Source: Hyphochytrium catenoides
Taxonomy: Eukaryota; Protista; Hyphochytriomycota
Assembly: GCA_900088475.1 (NCBI GenBank)
Contig: FLMG01002414.1
Location: 1-33,921, forward strand
Direction of reading: 5' to 3'
DNA length: 33,921 nucleotides
Shown here: positions 11,701 to 24,266 of the stretch, piece by piece
How the letters are laid out: the number at the start of each line of letters is the position of its first letter
How positions within the stretch are numbered: the first letter of the stretch is position 1
The notes under the pieces: model-generated
What the model was told of the DNA's origin: nothing
What the model saw: the letters and a program-made list of their open reading frames with translations, nothing else
The model's database searches: none
Made by a program: the position numbers and the translations under genes

Positions 11701-12730
11701 ACCACTGTGATTATTGGGCAAGGACTAAATGTCTTCCATCTATGCCTGCGTCATTCCTAGTCCTCAGCGGCTATTCCGCACACCAAACAGTCTGTTTCTT
11801 CCTCCTTTGACTCCAAACATCTGACACATCTCGCCTTCCCCAGGTTACGAGTGAGCTGGGGTCTCCGATCATCTACTGTCGTATCTCTGCTGACCTTCTA
11901 GAAGAACGAAGTCTGGACGATTCTTCACCGGATGATTGGTATAAAGTCAGAGACATACTTGGGGAGATTCGCCGTGAAGCGCTAAACAGAGGTAAGTGGC
12001 TGAAGAAAGGGGAAACTTCAGAGAAGAGACAGTTGAGTAGGGATACCGTATATGTATATTCGCTAAAGCTGAGGCCTTAGAGGCTAAGCGACTGACTTGG
12101 TCTGAGGCCAACAGCCAGCGAGCATAGTGCGGAGGGCACGTTGGATTCAGCAACAGAGAAAAAAAGAATTAGTTGATAGGGCTTGATAAGAGATATAGAA
12201 CCACTACAGAGCAAGAAGACTGATTATTGCTACACCAGGACTCGTCCTCGTTGCCATCAACCACATTCCAAGCATGGTTGAGGTCCCACCGCCCACCCTT
12301 CGACTGATAGCTAAGGCTGTGCACACAAAGGAGCACATTCAAGCTGCAATAGATGGTGAGACTGCCCCGATCCCCTGTCTGTTCTCCATCGCTTGTTTCT
12401 CGAGTTCACTCCTTTTTATCGCACATGACTGTTGACTTTCTTCAACTTCCTTCAAACCTCCTTCTACTTTTCCTGCTTCTTTTGCGCATTAGGAGGTGAT
12501 TAGTCCCTTGCAGAAGTCTCCTGGGTGCTTACACTCGATTTCAACATTCTTCGTTTCTAGCGCTAGGAGGGGCCTGTGAAGCTGTTCTTGGGAAGGTAGA
12601 AGCCGGCAATAAGAAGAAAGCTTCCACACCAAAGAAGAAGAAAGAGTCAACAGACAAGAATAAGGCGGTAGACACTCCTCTTAGGCGAAGCACTAGGACG
12701 AAGAAACCTGCAGATCTACCAAATCTGTAG
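8373..12730 (+). CDS. LCB1: Serine palmitoyltransferase subunit 1 (LCB1/SPTLC1), ~569 aa, 13 coding exons; N-terminus slightly uncertain
   Basis: Phase-consistent exons: 8373-8423, 8774-8841, 9120-9215, 9479-9626, 9774-9911, 10154-10213, 10402-10552, 10649-10731, 10910-11081, 11317-11624, 11844-11991, 12239-12355, 12561-12730. Motifs: N-terminal TM ([18 protein letters not shown]), [88 protein letters not shown]. It has [14 protein letters not shown], which lacks the PLP-binding lysine of LCB2 (GTFTKS), identifying it as LCB1. A probable upstream intron lies at 7992-8359. Confidence 0.95.
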
Positions 12731-13102
12731 CTTTTTCCTTTGATCTCTCAGTCTTCAGCTCATCATTTCCATCACCACTTATGTGGCTGTCGAAGTCCCA
12801 TGCTAAACCTCTGCCATTCTATATCGGTCGCTCAGCGCTGTCAAGAGTCTTCACTCTGAAGAGAAGAGGCGTACCAAAATCTATAAGAACGTAGCACTTA
12901 AACTTGCTCATAAGGTTTCATTACACTGTTCACTATACAAGCCCAGGTCACTCTCCCCTTCCTTCTCTCGGGGTCTTCGGTTTCTTCCTCTCCTCTCCAA
13001 CTGAGACTTATGAGTGCTCCCTTTCACCTTCCTAATCTTCCCGTCTCCCATGAAGTGGGATCACCCCGACCACAAGTAGTAGTGTTCTAGATAACACCGC
13101 AG

Positions 13103-16100
13103 TCACTCCTCGTCATCTTCATCACTCTGAAGACTGCCGAGATCAATATCCTCGTCATCCTCTTCTCCGTCATCTTCCGTAATGAAGAAGCTCTCTTCAT
13201 CATCCCACCCGCTTGACTCATCCTCTCCCTCACTCTCTTCGTCATCTTCCGCTCTCTCGTCAGTCTCATCACTTCCATCAGCCAATCCGTCAATGAAATT
13301 AGCAATGGCCTACAACGATAGGGAAAGCAGACGAGAGCAGGGGTCAACACGTCCGGCAAAGTGAAAGAACACAGCCACATGCTAATGTGGGAAGAACTAT
13401 TTACGATCGTTCTTACTTCAGACTCATTCCCTGACTCCTCCTCCACACTGGATCCTTCCCACTCATCGTCATCCTAAGGACAAAGGGCGAGAGACAAAGA
13501 TCAGTCTGATCCATTTAAAAGTGACAATATCTGTCGCATCTGCCTCTCCTCTGTGTACCTCTTCTGAGTCCGCCACAGCGTCATCGACATCTGAGTCTGC
13601 CTCATTAGGACGCTGTCTTCCAATCTAGAAGACGAGAGCATGACTCAGAGGTGCGTTTTGAAAGCTGCTGATCTTTAAGATAGACACAAGGATCCAGCGT
13701 AACAAGACGAGAGGGAAAGAGAGGGAGCTAACAACAGAATTAAAAATGCCTTCGTCCTACCTCATAGAGTCTCACTGAGGTCTCTGCATTCATCGGTCCT
13801 ACAAAGTTAGGGTACCATGGTACGCCTTCCACAGTCTAAGGAAACAAGAGAGATACCAAGTACCCGAGTTAAGCTCTGATAACCTTCTTAGGACTGCTCT
13901 CTGCCTTGCTACGCTTTTCACCTGTCGACCTCCCATTCCTTCTCGTTCTCCTTCCCTGTCTCGCCTTTGCTAAGTCAATGATGCACTTACCGCTAGGTAA
14001 CTATCATTGTCATCAATGGCTAAATCGTAGAGCTCTCTCTCCACATCAATGGTGGCAATGTCTCTATAATCTTCAGCATCCAAGACCTTGTAAGTAGAGG
14101 GCCACTTTCGGCGTTTCACTTGCTCACCCTCGTCCTGTGTAGGCCAAGATGTAGACGCGTGAATACCCGGGAAAAGGATAGAAAAACGACTGCAAAAACA
14201 GAAGGAATGGATGCTCTTCCCAGCGCCCAGAGACAGAGTGTAATGCAAGGAAGGAGGATGGACGGCACCAGAAGCAAGCGGAGAGAGAGTATCAGTACCA
14301 TCTTCGGTCTAAAGGAGTAGATTATGTCCCCAGCATTAGTGAACTTCGTCACCGACTGATCAAGAGAAGGAAGCATGCGAAGAAGCTTGAAGGTCCTTAT
14401 GTCCCAGACGGCAGAGTTGATGATAACTTCACTCCTCAGAGGATGGAAGTTCCCAAAGCCAAACGATGAGAGTTTATCAAACTTGTGCACCACTCTCTGT
14501 GGTACCCTCAGATCCCACAGCACACCATCCGATAAGATCAGCTCATCAGAAGGCGAAAAGACGGCGCTAGTGTACTTATGATGGTTGCTGTAAGGTATCG
14601 ACTCTAAAGAGAAGAGAAGAGAGCCCATCTCCGAGTCAAACACGTCCGTTCTGTGGAAATGAGAGAGTGAGACTTTAGCTACCGAAGTGGAGCAGGTAGT
14701 GGTGAACTGAGCAGTGATGGCACAAAATTGGCTTCAGGTCCCACGCCCAGAATGCCAATGCATTGTCCAGCCCTGCTCTTTCCCATTCTTTAGCACATAG
14801 TCGCCTTGACACGCACCTATTTGCATTGGGCACCATAGCGAGAAGCTTGTCGCCACCATGGGAGAAACTCCCTCCCTTACATTGCGGAAATGTGAAGAGC
14901 GATCGGTGCATCGTGGCGGCGTCCCAGAGTTTAACCTCTCCAGGTCCCGAGTGGGAAGACGTCAGCAGCAGGCGCGAGTTCTAACAAGCAAAATTGCAGG
15001 GTCGCACGGAAGGGTCAGGGTAGGGAATATGAGAAGACCATGGCAAAGATCAGGGACAAGCGAAACATGGGGCCATGACGACAGTTCAAACTGAACACGA
15101 TGAGTTTACTACAGTTGTTAGCGCCCGGCCATAATTGAACCCAAGTAGTAGAGAAGTGGCTCACCGAGGAAGTATCAATCTTGGATACTCCAAAGTCATG
15201 ACACTTCCAGGTGTCAACAACATTCATTTGCAAGAGGTTGAAGAGAGAGATGTCACCCTCATCCGATCCGCAGACTATCCGGTCTGGTCCAAAGAACGAA
15301 ACAGTTGTGATGATGCTGTCCTCCTCGCCATAGCGCCGCCACTGGAACCACAGCAAGCAGTGAGAAGAGATGAAGAGTGTAGACGCGGTGGATTGTGGAT
15401 GAGTGCATCGTCACACTTTGCGTTTTGGAGTATACTGATCATGGAGTATACTAATCAACTAAGTGCAGCATATAGTACTTCTTTATGGCAGCGGTAGGTA
15501 AGATCATCCACGGAATAGCACGGCTAACCTGCCTGAACCGAAACAAAAGGCTAACGGCCACTAAGAGGAGGGATATGGAGTAAGAGATTGCGTACCGGCC
15601 TGAATCTGCTATGGACGAGGCGCTTGCAGAACCTCTTGCCCTTAGGTCCACCAAAAGGAGGAACGATCTGCCTCTCCAAAAGAAGTGATGCTAGGTTCTG
15701 TGGCGCAGAGAGAGGTACGGGAGTGGGGCACTTGTGCGGTGAAAGCAAAGAGAGGGGAGGAAGCGTGGCAATTGGCTTGGCACAAAGTCTGTGCTGGTGC
15801 CTCAAATACTCCGTCACTATGTTTTCCAGTTCTGTCTTCCCTCCGGCTCCTGCTCCACCCGCTGTCCCCGCTGTCGAAGGGAGTTTTCTTGAGCTCGGGG
15901 TCTTCTTCTACAAGTGAATAAAGCTTGGAATTAGGTTCATTTATATGGACACGAAGTCAGTGAAAAGCTCAGGAAGTGTGCTTGATCGCAACGGCCAGGA
16001 TGAACGACACAGAATGTCCTATGGCTAAGGGAAGACGACGTCACAAAGTATAACGAAAGACATGTGTACGGAAATATGGCTTGTAGTCCGGGGAGGCCGA

Positions 16101-19100
16101 TCAACATGAACATAGTTTGGAGAGTGGGCTTCCAGCCTTTCTCTAAAATAGCAGACAGGCTTACCTTAGCAGACAAAGGCTTGTAAGTTGTCAAGCTTAA
16201 AGCCCCTTGATCAGGATGCGAAACACTTCTTCTCAGCTCTATGGGCGAACTGACCGGCATTGACGAGGTAGACGAAAGAGGGTGTCTGCCTGGTGACCCT
16301 AATCGTCTCCTTTTCCTACTAAACCCAGCGGAGACGCCACTTTGCCAGGCTGCAGAGGCCGACGGCGTAGTAGGAGGAGAGGGAAGATAGTGTGAAGGTC
16401 GGCTGTGCTCTTCGGACGTCCTATATAAAAAAGTAAGTGGCCCACAATTAGGTTATAGGAGTCGCGACATGGACGGTCCACTGAAGCTAACCTGAAGAGA
16501 GAACTATAGATAAGGGCTTACAACGCAAGCAGGAGAAGCCAAACGGCAGTAAGGGCCAAGCTGGACTTAATGATCAATGAAGGGATTCAGGATTAGAAGC
16601 CCAAGGGTGACGATAGAGACTAAACTACGTACGAGACGTCCGAGTTTGACCCATTGAAGAGATGTGGAGTGCCAATAGCGGAGGCTATCATAGAACGCTT
16701 TGATTCAGTTCCGCTCCTAAGTGAAAAAGGTCCCAGCTCCGCCTTCTCCTGTGTCTCTTCTGTCGCTCGTTCTTTATGGCTTTGGACGCTAAAAGAGCTC
16801 TCTGCCTTCTTCTCTGCCTCCAAATCCTTCAGCACTGGACGCTTAACTTTCGTGTTAGGAGTCCTAAGACTTCCTGGTCCACCTCTGTCTCCCACAGATC
16901 CCGTCGTATGGGCGTGGGATCCTCCAGCCCCAGCGCCAGCTGCTGTACGGATGCAGGAAAGGATTGAGGGGCCGGTAAGCTAGGGTAGAATAGAGGATGG
17001 AGAAGCTAGTTGTCACTAAATAACAAGAAGTATGCCTGAACATTTGAGCCCTCGGGACTTGGATGAATAAGAGGGTTTGACGCGACAAAAGCACTCTGCG
17101 GAGGACCACTACCTCTACTGTTACTGGGCATTGCGGGTACTCTGAGAGGAGAGAGGAAAGTGTTGTCATCCAACTCTCCTATCAGGTTTATGGCCGGAGT
17201 CCCAAGATTCGCTACGATGCAAAGGCAAAGGAAGATATTAGCTTATCCGCTGAGCTGTCGTAATGCCCGATCTTGGCTTTTCTCTCCTCTCTGGTTCCTT
17301 CACGAAGCCATTACCTGTGATCTCTCTTGTTGAGTCAGCTACACGGTGATCTACCGATGGAAGAGGTGATATTTTCGTTTCCTGCGGCATCGGAAGGACG
17401 TAATAGACATGATTAACTAGTAAGTACCAAGGTGCAGGACACTGAGTGAATTTATACGATGAAGTTCAAATTAAGGCAAGGAGAGGCGGTGCGGCCCATA
17501 CACAGATATGGAAAACGGTAGTGAGGGACACGACCTAGGTGGCAAATACGTCCCAACTAGAACGAGCTGCTAGTAGCAATCAGTCGACAAAAGGTGGCGG
17601 TGGAAGCTCTCATCACCTTAAGAAGAGCTGTTGCGGAGTGATGCAGGCCTTTCGCATGTAGATGGGCGTGAATAACTTGCAAAAGCTCCTCTGCGTTGAA
17701 GGTGATGTTCGTTTGGGAGACAATGTTTGCCTACCACACATAGAACGAAGTTTAAGGACAGTCATCGTTGCCAAATAGGAGTCAAGCAACTCAATCGCAA
17801 CACTATGAGATAAAGGTCTATTGTAAGGTGGACAGCAGCTCCAACCTTCTCTATCTTGACAGCCGCTGTCTCTGTAGCATCCGCTGGCAGAAGATTGGCA
17901 GGGATGGTGTCCGCCCCCGACATCTCCGCGAGTAGCTGTGAGGAAGCCAGCAAAGAGCGGATGTCAGACACAATGTAAGGAGAAAGGCACCAAATGCTGC
18001 CAAGGTCAAGGCCACAAAGTAAGGCGTTAGCCAGATTGTCGTAGACTACTTGGACAGAATAGAAGGTCGATGCTTAGATGCAAACAGAACAGGGACCTGA
18101 TAAGCACATTCAGCAAATTGAACGTGCAGGCTGCTGCTCGTGTCCAACACTGGGTCAGCGCGTATCAACTCTGCCAAGAGTTGGCTGATCTGCAGGAGTA
18201 GGATGGAGAATCAGACTGCGCATGTGCCGCAATCACGGTTAACCACTCAACGAATAGCACTCAAATAGCTAGCCTCCGCCACATCTGCATGGAGGTATAT
18301 GACCATGGAGTTGAAAGGTAATAGAAGGATGACGGGCGGCACAAGGGCACCCGTGGCAGCATTTAGAGAACCGCAAAACCCATAATGAGAAAGGTCCAAG
18401 GCCGAATTCTGGGCGCAGTACGTAAGTGAAAAATTGCACGAGAGTGAGGAACCCTATGTCCGCACCTGCATTTTCTGTAAGATTTGCACTATCTGCCAAT
18501 CCCTCGATAGTCCCCACAATGCTCTGCAAGCAAGAAGACGTATCTCATCTGCTGCTTGGACCGAGCGGCGGTAGCGGAGAAGCTGTAGGCAAACCTAGGA
18601 ATAGCCAGACACATTAGACCAAAGGTAAGATTGTAGACCCCACTTGGCAAGGTACAGCACGCTGATCAGGCGGAGGGAACTTTGAGAACGAGTGAACGGG
18701 AAGCTTTCTCTTCTTATATACTACCTTGATTCCATTTTTCGCCCTAGCAAATTTTCTTGCTTGCTTCTGAGCCCGATCATCCAAGGCCTCAAAGCGTGAC
18801 TCTTCTCTCCCTGACCCTGACGCTTGTCCAGCTCGGTCTCCTGGGGCCAAAGCTCTATCTGCACCTGTTTCTCGCTTTTCCTCAAGCCTCTTATGGTGCG
18901 GGGTCACGCAGTTGCAAAGGACCTGGAGAGCTGCCCTTATAACGTCTGCATCTCGATAGCTCCCTCCGGCCGCGGCATCCAAAATGACAGACATGCCGCA
19001 CCGCCCTGACTCAGAAGAGAGCTCCGCGCCGCAAACCTAGAGAGGCAAAGGTAGGCCGTAGCACAAGGTAAAACAACAAGTTTAAAAAAAGTAAATGTCG

Positions 19101-22100
19101 GAGATGTAGAGCCTAAGAACACATCGATCCCAGGAAACATGCAGACAAAAATCATAGGAAGAGAAAGCAGTCGACTAGGCAGCAAAAGAGGTTCATGTCT
19201 CCACATAGGTGGTCATATCCACCCAGTACACAGCCTTTAAACTTCAAGAGCATTCGCAGAGGACACGGACATACCTCAATGTAGGTAGCAGGGACGAGGG
19301 TAACGATTCTAAGTGCTTCTAAGGCGAATTGTGCAGTTTCTGCGACACCGCTCCGGTGCTCGCTGCTGATAGAAATGTCTATTAACTGGAGCAGCTCAAT
19401 CACCCCCCTGCAATCAGTCATAGGTTAGTGAAGAACCTACACAGTGAGGGCATCACGACATTGGTAGAAATACAAACGTGTCAGTAGCAATGGGTCGTTC
19501 AGACAGAAGGAACCCACTAACCAAACCATGATATAAGTAGATAAAGGTTGTTATTGGGCGAACGGAAGACTCCAACCATCTACGGAAGGGACAATTACAC
19601 AGAAGAAGTGTCCAAACGGACAGGCTTTACCGGTGGTGTAGTAGCTGTTGAATAGGCTGCCACTTCAGAGTGGGAAACTGAGGCGTATAGCGGCAAAGCT
19701 CCAAGATATTGATGTTATTAGCTGTGGCAGTATCATCAACATCGACAGCCTTGTTGTACGACAGCTTCGATATCGCCCGGCTAGAGACAGGATGGACAAT
19801 AAAGACAGTCAGCCGCGATGAGACAGGAGCTGGTTAGTCCTCGAGGCTATTGCGTGAGCTCTGTTCTGTTGAATGTGACAACCCACCTCTGTGATATCAG
19901 TGAGAGCCGGACACTAGGGTTCATCAAGTCCTGGGACATGTTCCTGTTGTTGAATGCAGCGATCATTGCCAAGTCTAATCAGCAAGTACTACAGAGGTAG
20001 ACAAAGACAGAGGCCATCTATGCCTTGTCTTATTTCCTACCTTCTCTTTGTAAGGAGTGTCGGGGCTACCTTCCTTCCTAGAGCGTTGGCCGCAAAAGCT
20101 AGGTGTACTCTGAGATACTGACGAAGACAGAGACAAGCATGATGGGCTATCTGTCTTTCCTATGGTAGAAGTGCGAGAAGAATTTACGCGGGTACTTAGT
20201 GACGATGAGCAGTTGTGGAGCCCTGACGGGTTGAAGTAGACAGCTAGCTAGACAAAGTACTGATAAAGAAGAAGTCTCGAAGAGCTAAAATTAACACTGA
20301 AAGATACTGAGAAAAGTCTATCGCTTTTTGCCCTTGAGCCTCACCATTGGAGAGCGACTTGGTCGGCCCGTAACAGCTCGAATGAGGTTGAGAAGCTTGT
20401 AAACTCCATCATTATCATCAAACGCATCCAACACCTTTCTGCTCCATGAGCATTGTTAGTAAATCTAGTCTGCGTTGTGTTATCAGCACATCCTGGCCAA
20501 TCAAAGGCAGGCCGCCCCTAGCTATATAGGAGCAAGGGCGGCTGTTTATGTTAGGGGAGGACACCAGCGGTTCTTACCTGAATGGTAATGCCAAGCTAAA
20601 AAAGAGCACTGAGTGCTTTCTGGCATAGTCTTGATGGGATGTCAGTAAGAATATTGCCAACTTTAACACTTCCTCTGGCACCGGAGGAGGCAGGCTCATA
20701 ACCTGAAAGGAAAGAGAGCCAAGAGCAGTGGATCGGTAGTGTCAGACTGTGCACAGAGGGTGACCCGAAGAACAGATTGGGAGCCTTAATGAGGTAAAAA
20801 CGATTTATCTGGATTGACAGACTTTGCGGAACGATTTGCAGGCAAACAAAGGTGCTACACGACAAGTTCTCTACGAACTCAAATCAGGTTGAACAAGTCG
20901 GGTATCAGTATAGGACAAGAGTAAGAAGTGCAACCAAGGATCGAAGATGGGACTTTGAAGAAATAATAACTAACCTTCTCCATGACAGCGGAGAGAGAAG
21001 CCAGGGCGAAGAAACAAAGGGCCAGCGCCCCGTGAGTGAAGTATTTCGTTTCCTGGCTCATTCTAAGCAGAAGCTGGACTCCCCCGCATTCCACGAACTG
21101 AAGGCCGAACTTCTTGTGGGCAAGTAGATGTGCCACCATACATAAGGAAGAGAACTGGATCTGAATGCGTCAAGGAGAGGATAATGGAAAGGGTTAACTT
21201 TATACAAGAGATAACCCTACGAGAGAAGTTCAAGAACTATCCATAGTTTGCGACAGGAGAGCTCAAAGAATGTAAGGGTACCTGCTCGTCTGAAGAGTGA
21301 AGGAAGATAAGCGAGAGAGAAACGCCATCCTCTTGCAGCACCGGCGCCAGAATTTCTTGATAGTCGCCAATATGAGCTAGGCAGTCAAGGAGAAATCGCA
21401 TCTCCAGTCGCCTAGCTTTCTCTTTCTGTTTTAACTCTTCAGGACTAGCACCCCGGTATTCCCCTGCAAGGATTGCTGTCTTATCCTCCTCCTTCCTCTC
21501 CTCCTGCAGAGTCCCTCCCCTGGTCTCCCCCCGTCCAATCGTTTGACCAGAAGACAAAGAGGCCGCTTCGGCTTCGGCAAGCTGTTGTTTATCAGGATGT
21601 CTCCGCTTGGTCCCCCCTCTGTGATGCTCCTTTTTCAACTGTCGTTCATGCTCATGATTGGCTTGAGCCTATATTCACAACGTTTCGTCATTTCGGATGT
21701 TTGGCAAGCCAGCCGGTGAGGAGTGTTTGTGGAACGTATAAGCACAACGTAAGATGCAGGTTCCTCAAACTTCAGGACACCTCTCCATAACGCACCATTT
21801 GCTCTCGAAATGCCTCTGCCCGGGCGGCCTCTTCAGTCAGCGATCCAGCGAACTCCTTTGAGCGCAACCTCCTGAGCAGTAGATATGTATGTGCTTCATT
21901 GCTTACAAGCTCATTCGCAAAGTTCCGGAAGCCTAGGGAGACTGACGAAAAGTCACAATTCAGTGCATGTGCATCAGGCGAGAACCCAAACAAGAGACGG
22001 ATAATCAAAAGAAGGAAGACATAGACTTATGACCAAAAGAGGTAGTTAGGATCCACACGGTTGAGGCCATCTTATGGTACCTGACAACAGGCCAGTAGCC

Positions 22101-22953
22101 CAAAGTCTAAGTGGCTGAGGAGCTTCTTCTACCCACTGAAGAAGTTGTTCTTCGAAAGAGTCCTGTGGAGGACACGACAGTCAGGAACGACAAAGCCTGC
22201 AACGACTTGCATGTCGACCCCCTTTTCGCAATACTCTCTCACGTCCAAGAGTCAAACTGCATACGCTGTTCCTATAGCTTACTCTTCCGTCTTGTGCCTT
22301 ACTTGTCCTTTACCTGTGACAACGTCTCTAGCATTAGATCCGGGATGCCAGGGGTCAGTCTCATGGTAAGCCTACAGCAGGCAGCGTTCATCTCGACATC
22401 GCGGCCCGAGCTCCCAAGTCGGGAAAAGACCTTAATGAATTCGAAAGGTCCCGGCATAAGAGACAGAAAGACGTCAGAATGATTGGACCATGCAAAGCGC
22501 CAACGCTAACTTACCGCGTCTAGGAAGTCTTCATGAGCCGACAGTATGCGGGACAACCCTCCTAATAGAACGTCTGCAAGACACCCACAGTGAGTGCGGA
22601 AGATAAAGGAGACGTAATCAACAAAGAACCACAAAGAGCGTAATGCAGTTAGAGAAGTACACAGCTGCCACCATGCTTGTATGTATGCGCTTACCATCTC
22701 GGAAGTTGTTAGAGAAAGGGTTCTTCTTCCTAAAGTGTTGTTCTGCAAACTCAAGAAGTTCCGATAGCCTAAGGAGTAGCACCAGACAAGGAGAGATAAG
22801 ATAAAGACCATGGGAGGAAGAGGGGATAAAGGTAACAGAATCATACTCATTCATCGCCTTAATCCTTGACTCTCTTTCCTCAGAGTCACTGACGATCTTG
22901 CGAATGTTGTCCTCCGCTCGGAGGATGTAGTCTGTCACGTCAAACTCATCCAT
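13103..22953 (-). CDS. DCAF1: DDB1- and CUL4-associated factor 1 (DCAF1/VprBP): ARM-like region, LisH, helix-loop-helix, WD40, acidic tail; ~30 exons
   Basis: A GT-AG exon chain was traced from ATG (22953) to TGA (13105-13103). Motifs: QWVEEAPQPLRLWATGLL, LLAHKKFGLQFVECGGVQLLL, ADEIRLLACRALWGLSR, KIEKANIVSQTNITFNAEELLQVIHAHLHAKGL (LisH), LENIVTEYLRHQHRLCAKPIATLPPLSLLSPHKCP, RLVHSRFRP, LSDGVLWDLR..HKFDK, EVIINSAVWDIRTFKLL..PSLDQ, SVRLYEIGR, D/E-rich C-terminus. An in-frame acceptor just upstream of the ATG means an extra 5' exon is possible. Confidence 0.95.
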
Positions 22954-24266
22954 AATGCCGGCAAGCAGGTCCTAGTGAACTCCCACTAAAGAACAAACTA
23001 AGGATTCTGTGACTAGTCAGAAACGGTGCCTGATGCGGTGCCCGGGTTCTAGAGCTGCAAACCGGCTGTGATCTGAGCTGTGAAGAGTTAGGCCTTGCGG
23101 AGGACCACACAGCGGCACTGCAGCCTCAGCTTTACGTGTCACAGCAAAAGCTGCTCCTCGACCAGTCCATTGCGGCTAACGGTCCTTGTGACAGATTATC
23201 GACCTAAGGACTCATCACCAGCCGTGCAGTGCTGCCCTGCTCAAGTCTTGTCATCTAAAGGACGCTGAGGCTCGCGATTCTTATCCAAAAGATGCGAAGC
23301 GATCTATGGTCATCGCGTTTTCTTTCTCATTTTGCGGACAGACAACTGAACATTTGAACTGCTGGAGGAACAGACAAAGGTCAGAAGCAACATATCCCGA
23401 ATGATGTATTCAATATGGGTCCAAATTAGGAACACAGTCATTCTTATCCAGAGCCCTCATGTGAGAGTTGAGAAAAACTGAGAATTGCAGCCCAGTTGCA
23501 GGCTTCAGAATCATCCCGACAATAACCGATTTGCAACCACACTAACCCAGTCACAGCATTCTCCAAATACAAGTCCTGGAATTGGACTTGGATACTTGCC
23601 CCTATGGCCCATAACTGGAACATGGAGACAAGTATTACGAGACATTACCAATAGGTATCCGGAAGCTATATAAGTATTCTGATCCAGCGTTTTGTAAATG
23701 TTTCCATTCAACAAGTTAGTTACCAGTCCTCCTCCCCTCCAGTAATCACATCTCGAAGGCTTCATGGCGTTGTCTCTCTTTTCTCTTTCTCAACATCGGT
23801 TCTTTTTCTCCCTCTTCTTTTCCTTCACAAAACATCAACAGCGGTGACATCGCATCTCCAACTCAACAGCCCCATCATCGTCAATCGTCAAGCATGGGTT
23901 GTTGGTTTGCTGCTGCTGCCGGGCGCCATGGTCTCCTTCAAGACGCATTGAGACGCAGCTTAGAATGAAGGCGGGTTAGGGAAGGCGTGCAAAGAGGTAG
24001 GAGAAACATAGGATGCCCGCAGGACGAGTACATAGCGGTACAAGTCGCGTTAAGGCATCAGAACCCCATGGTTGATGATTCATAAGCCCTTTCATCGCGG
24101 AACGACAGCAACAAACCCTCTCTAATAGTAACGGCAGTCAAAAGAGACCAATGGTTGCATCGTTGGCAGAAGTCGTGGTCCTAGCCACGAGCAATTTCCA
24201 CCATGAGGTGGTCAAGGGCTGATTTGCCGACTCATCCTGAGAGCTTGTCCCATGTGACTTCTCAGA
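22954..24266. promoter_or_regulatory. Divergent intergenic region (~1.3 kb) expected to contain the promoters and 5'UTRs of DCAF1 and SCAPER
   Basis: Inferred from the head-to-head gene orientation only. No specific promoter motif was identified. Confidence 0.5.

Noticed and set aside
3918-12730. CDC50 next to LCB1 as a lipid-homeostasis gene cluster
   Set aside because: Adjacency of two housekeeping genes in a eukaryote is expected by chance, and no synteny evidence is available.
19868-19975. Possible extra DCAF1 exon (AG...GT bounded on the minus strand)
   Set aside because: It contains a stop in the required phase, and the flanking exons join in frame without it.
23485-23765. Overlapping 62-aa and 84-aa ORFs in the divergent intergenic region
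   Set aside because: They have no recognisable domain or supporting exon chain, so a gene or transposon call cannot be supported.
24070-24241. Box C/D snoRNA-like TGATGA...CTGA
   Set aside because: The spacing is long, there is no terminal stem, and no rRNA-complementary guide is recognisable.
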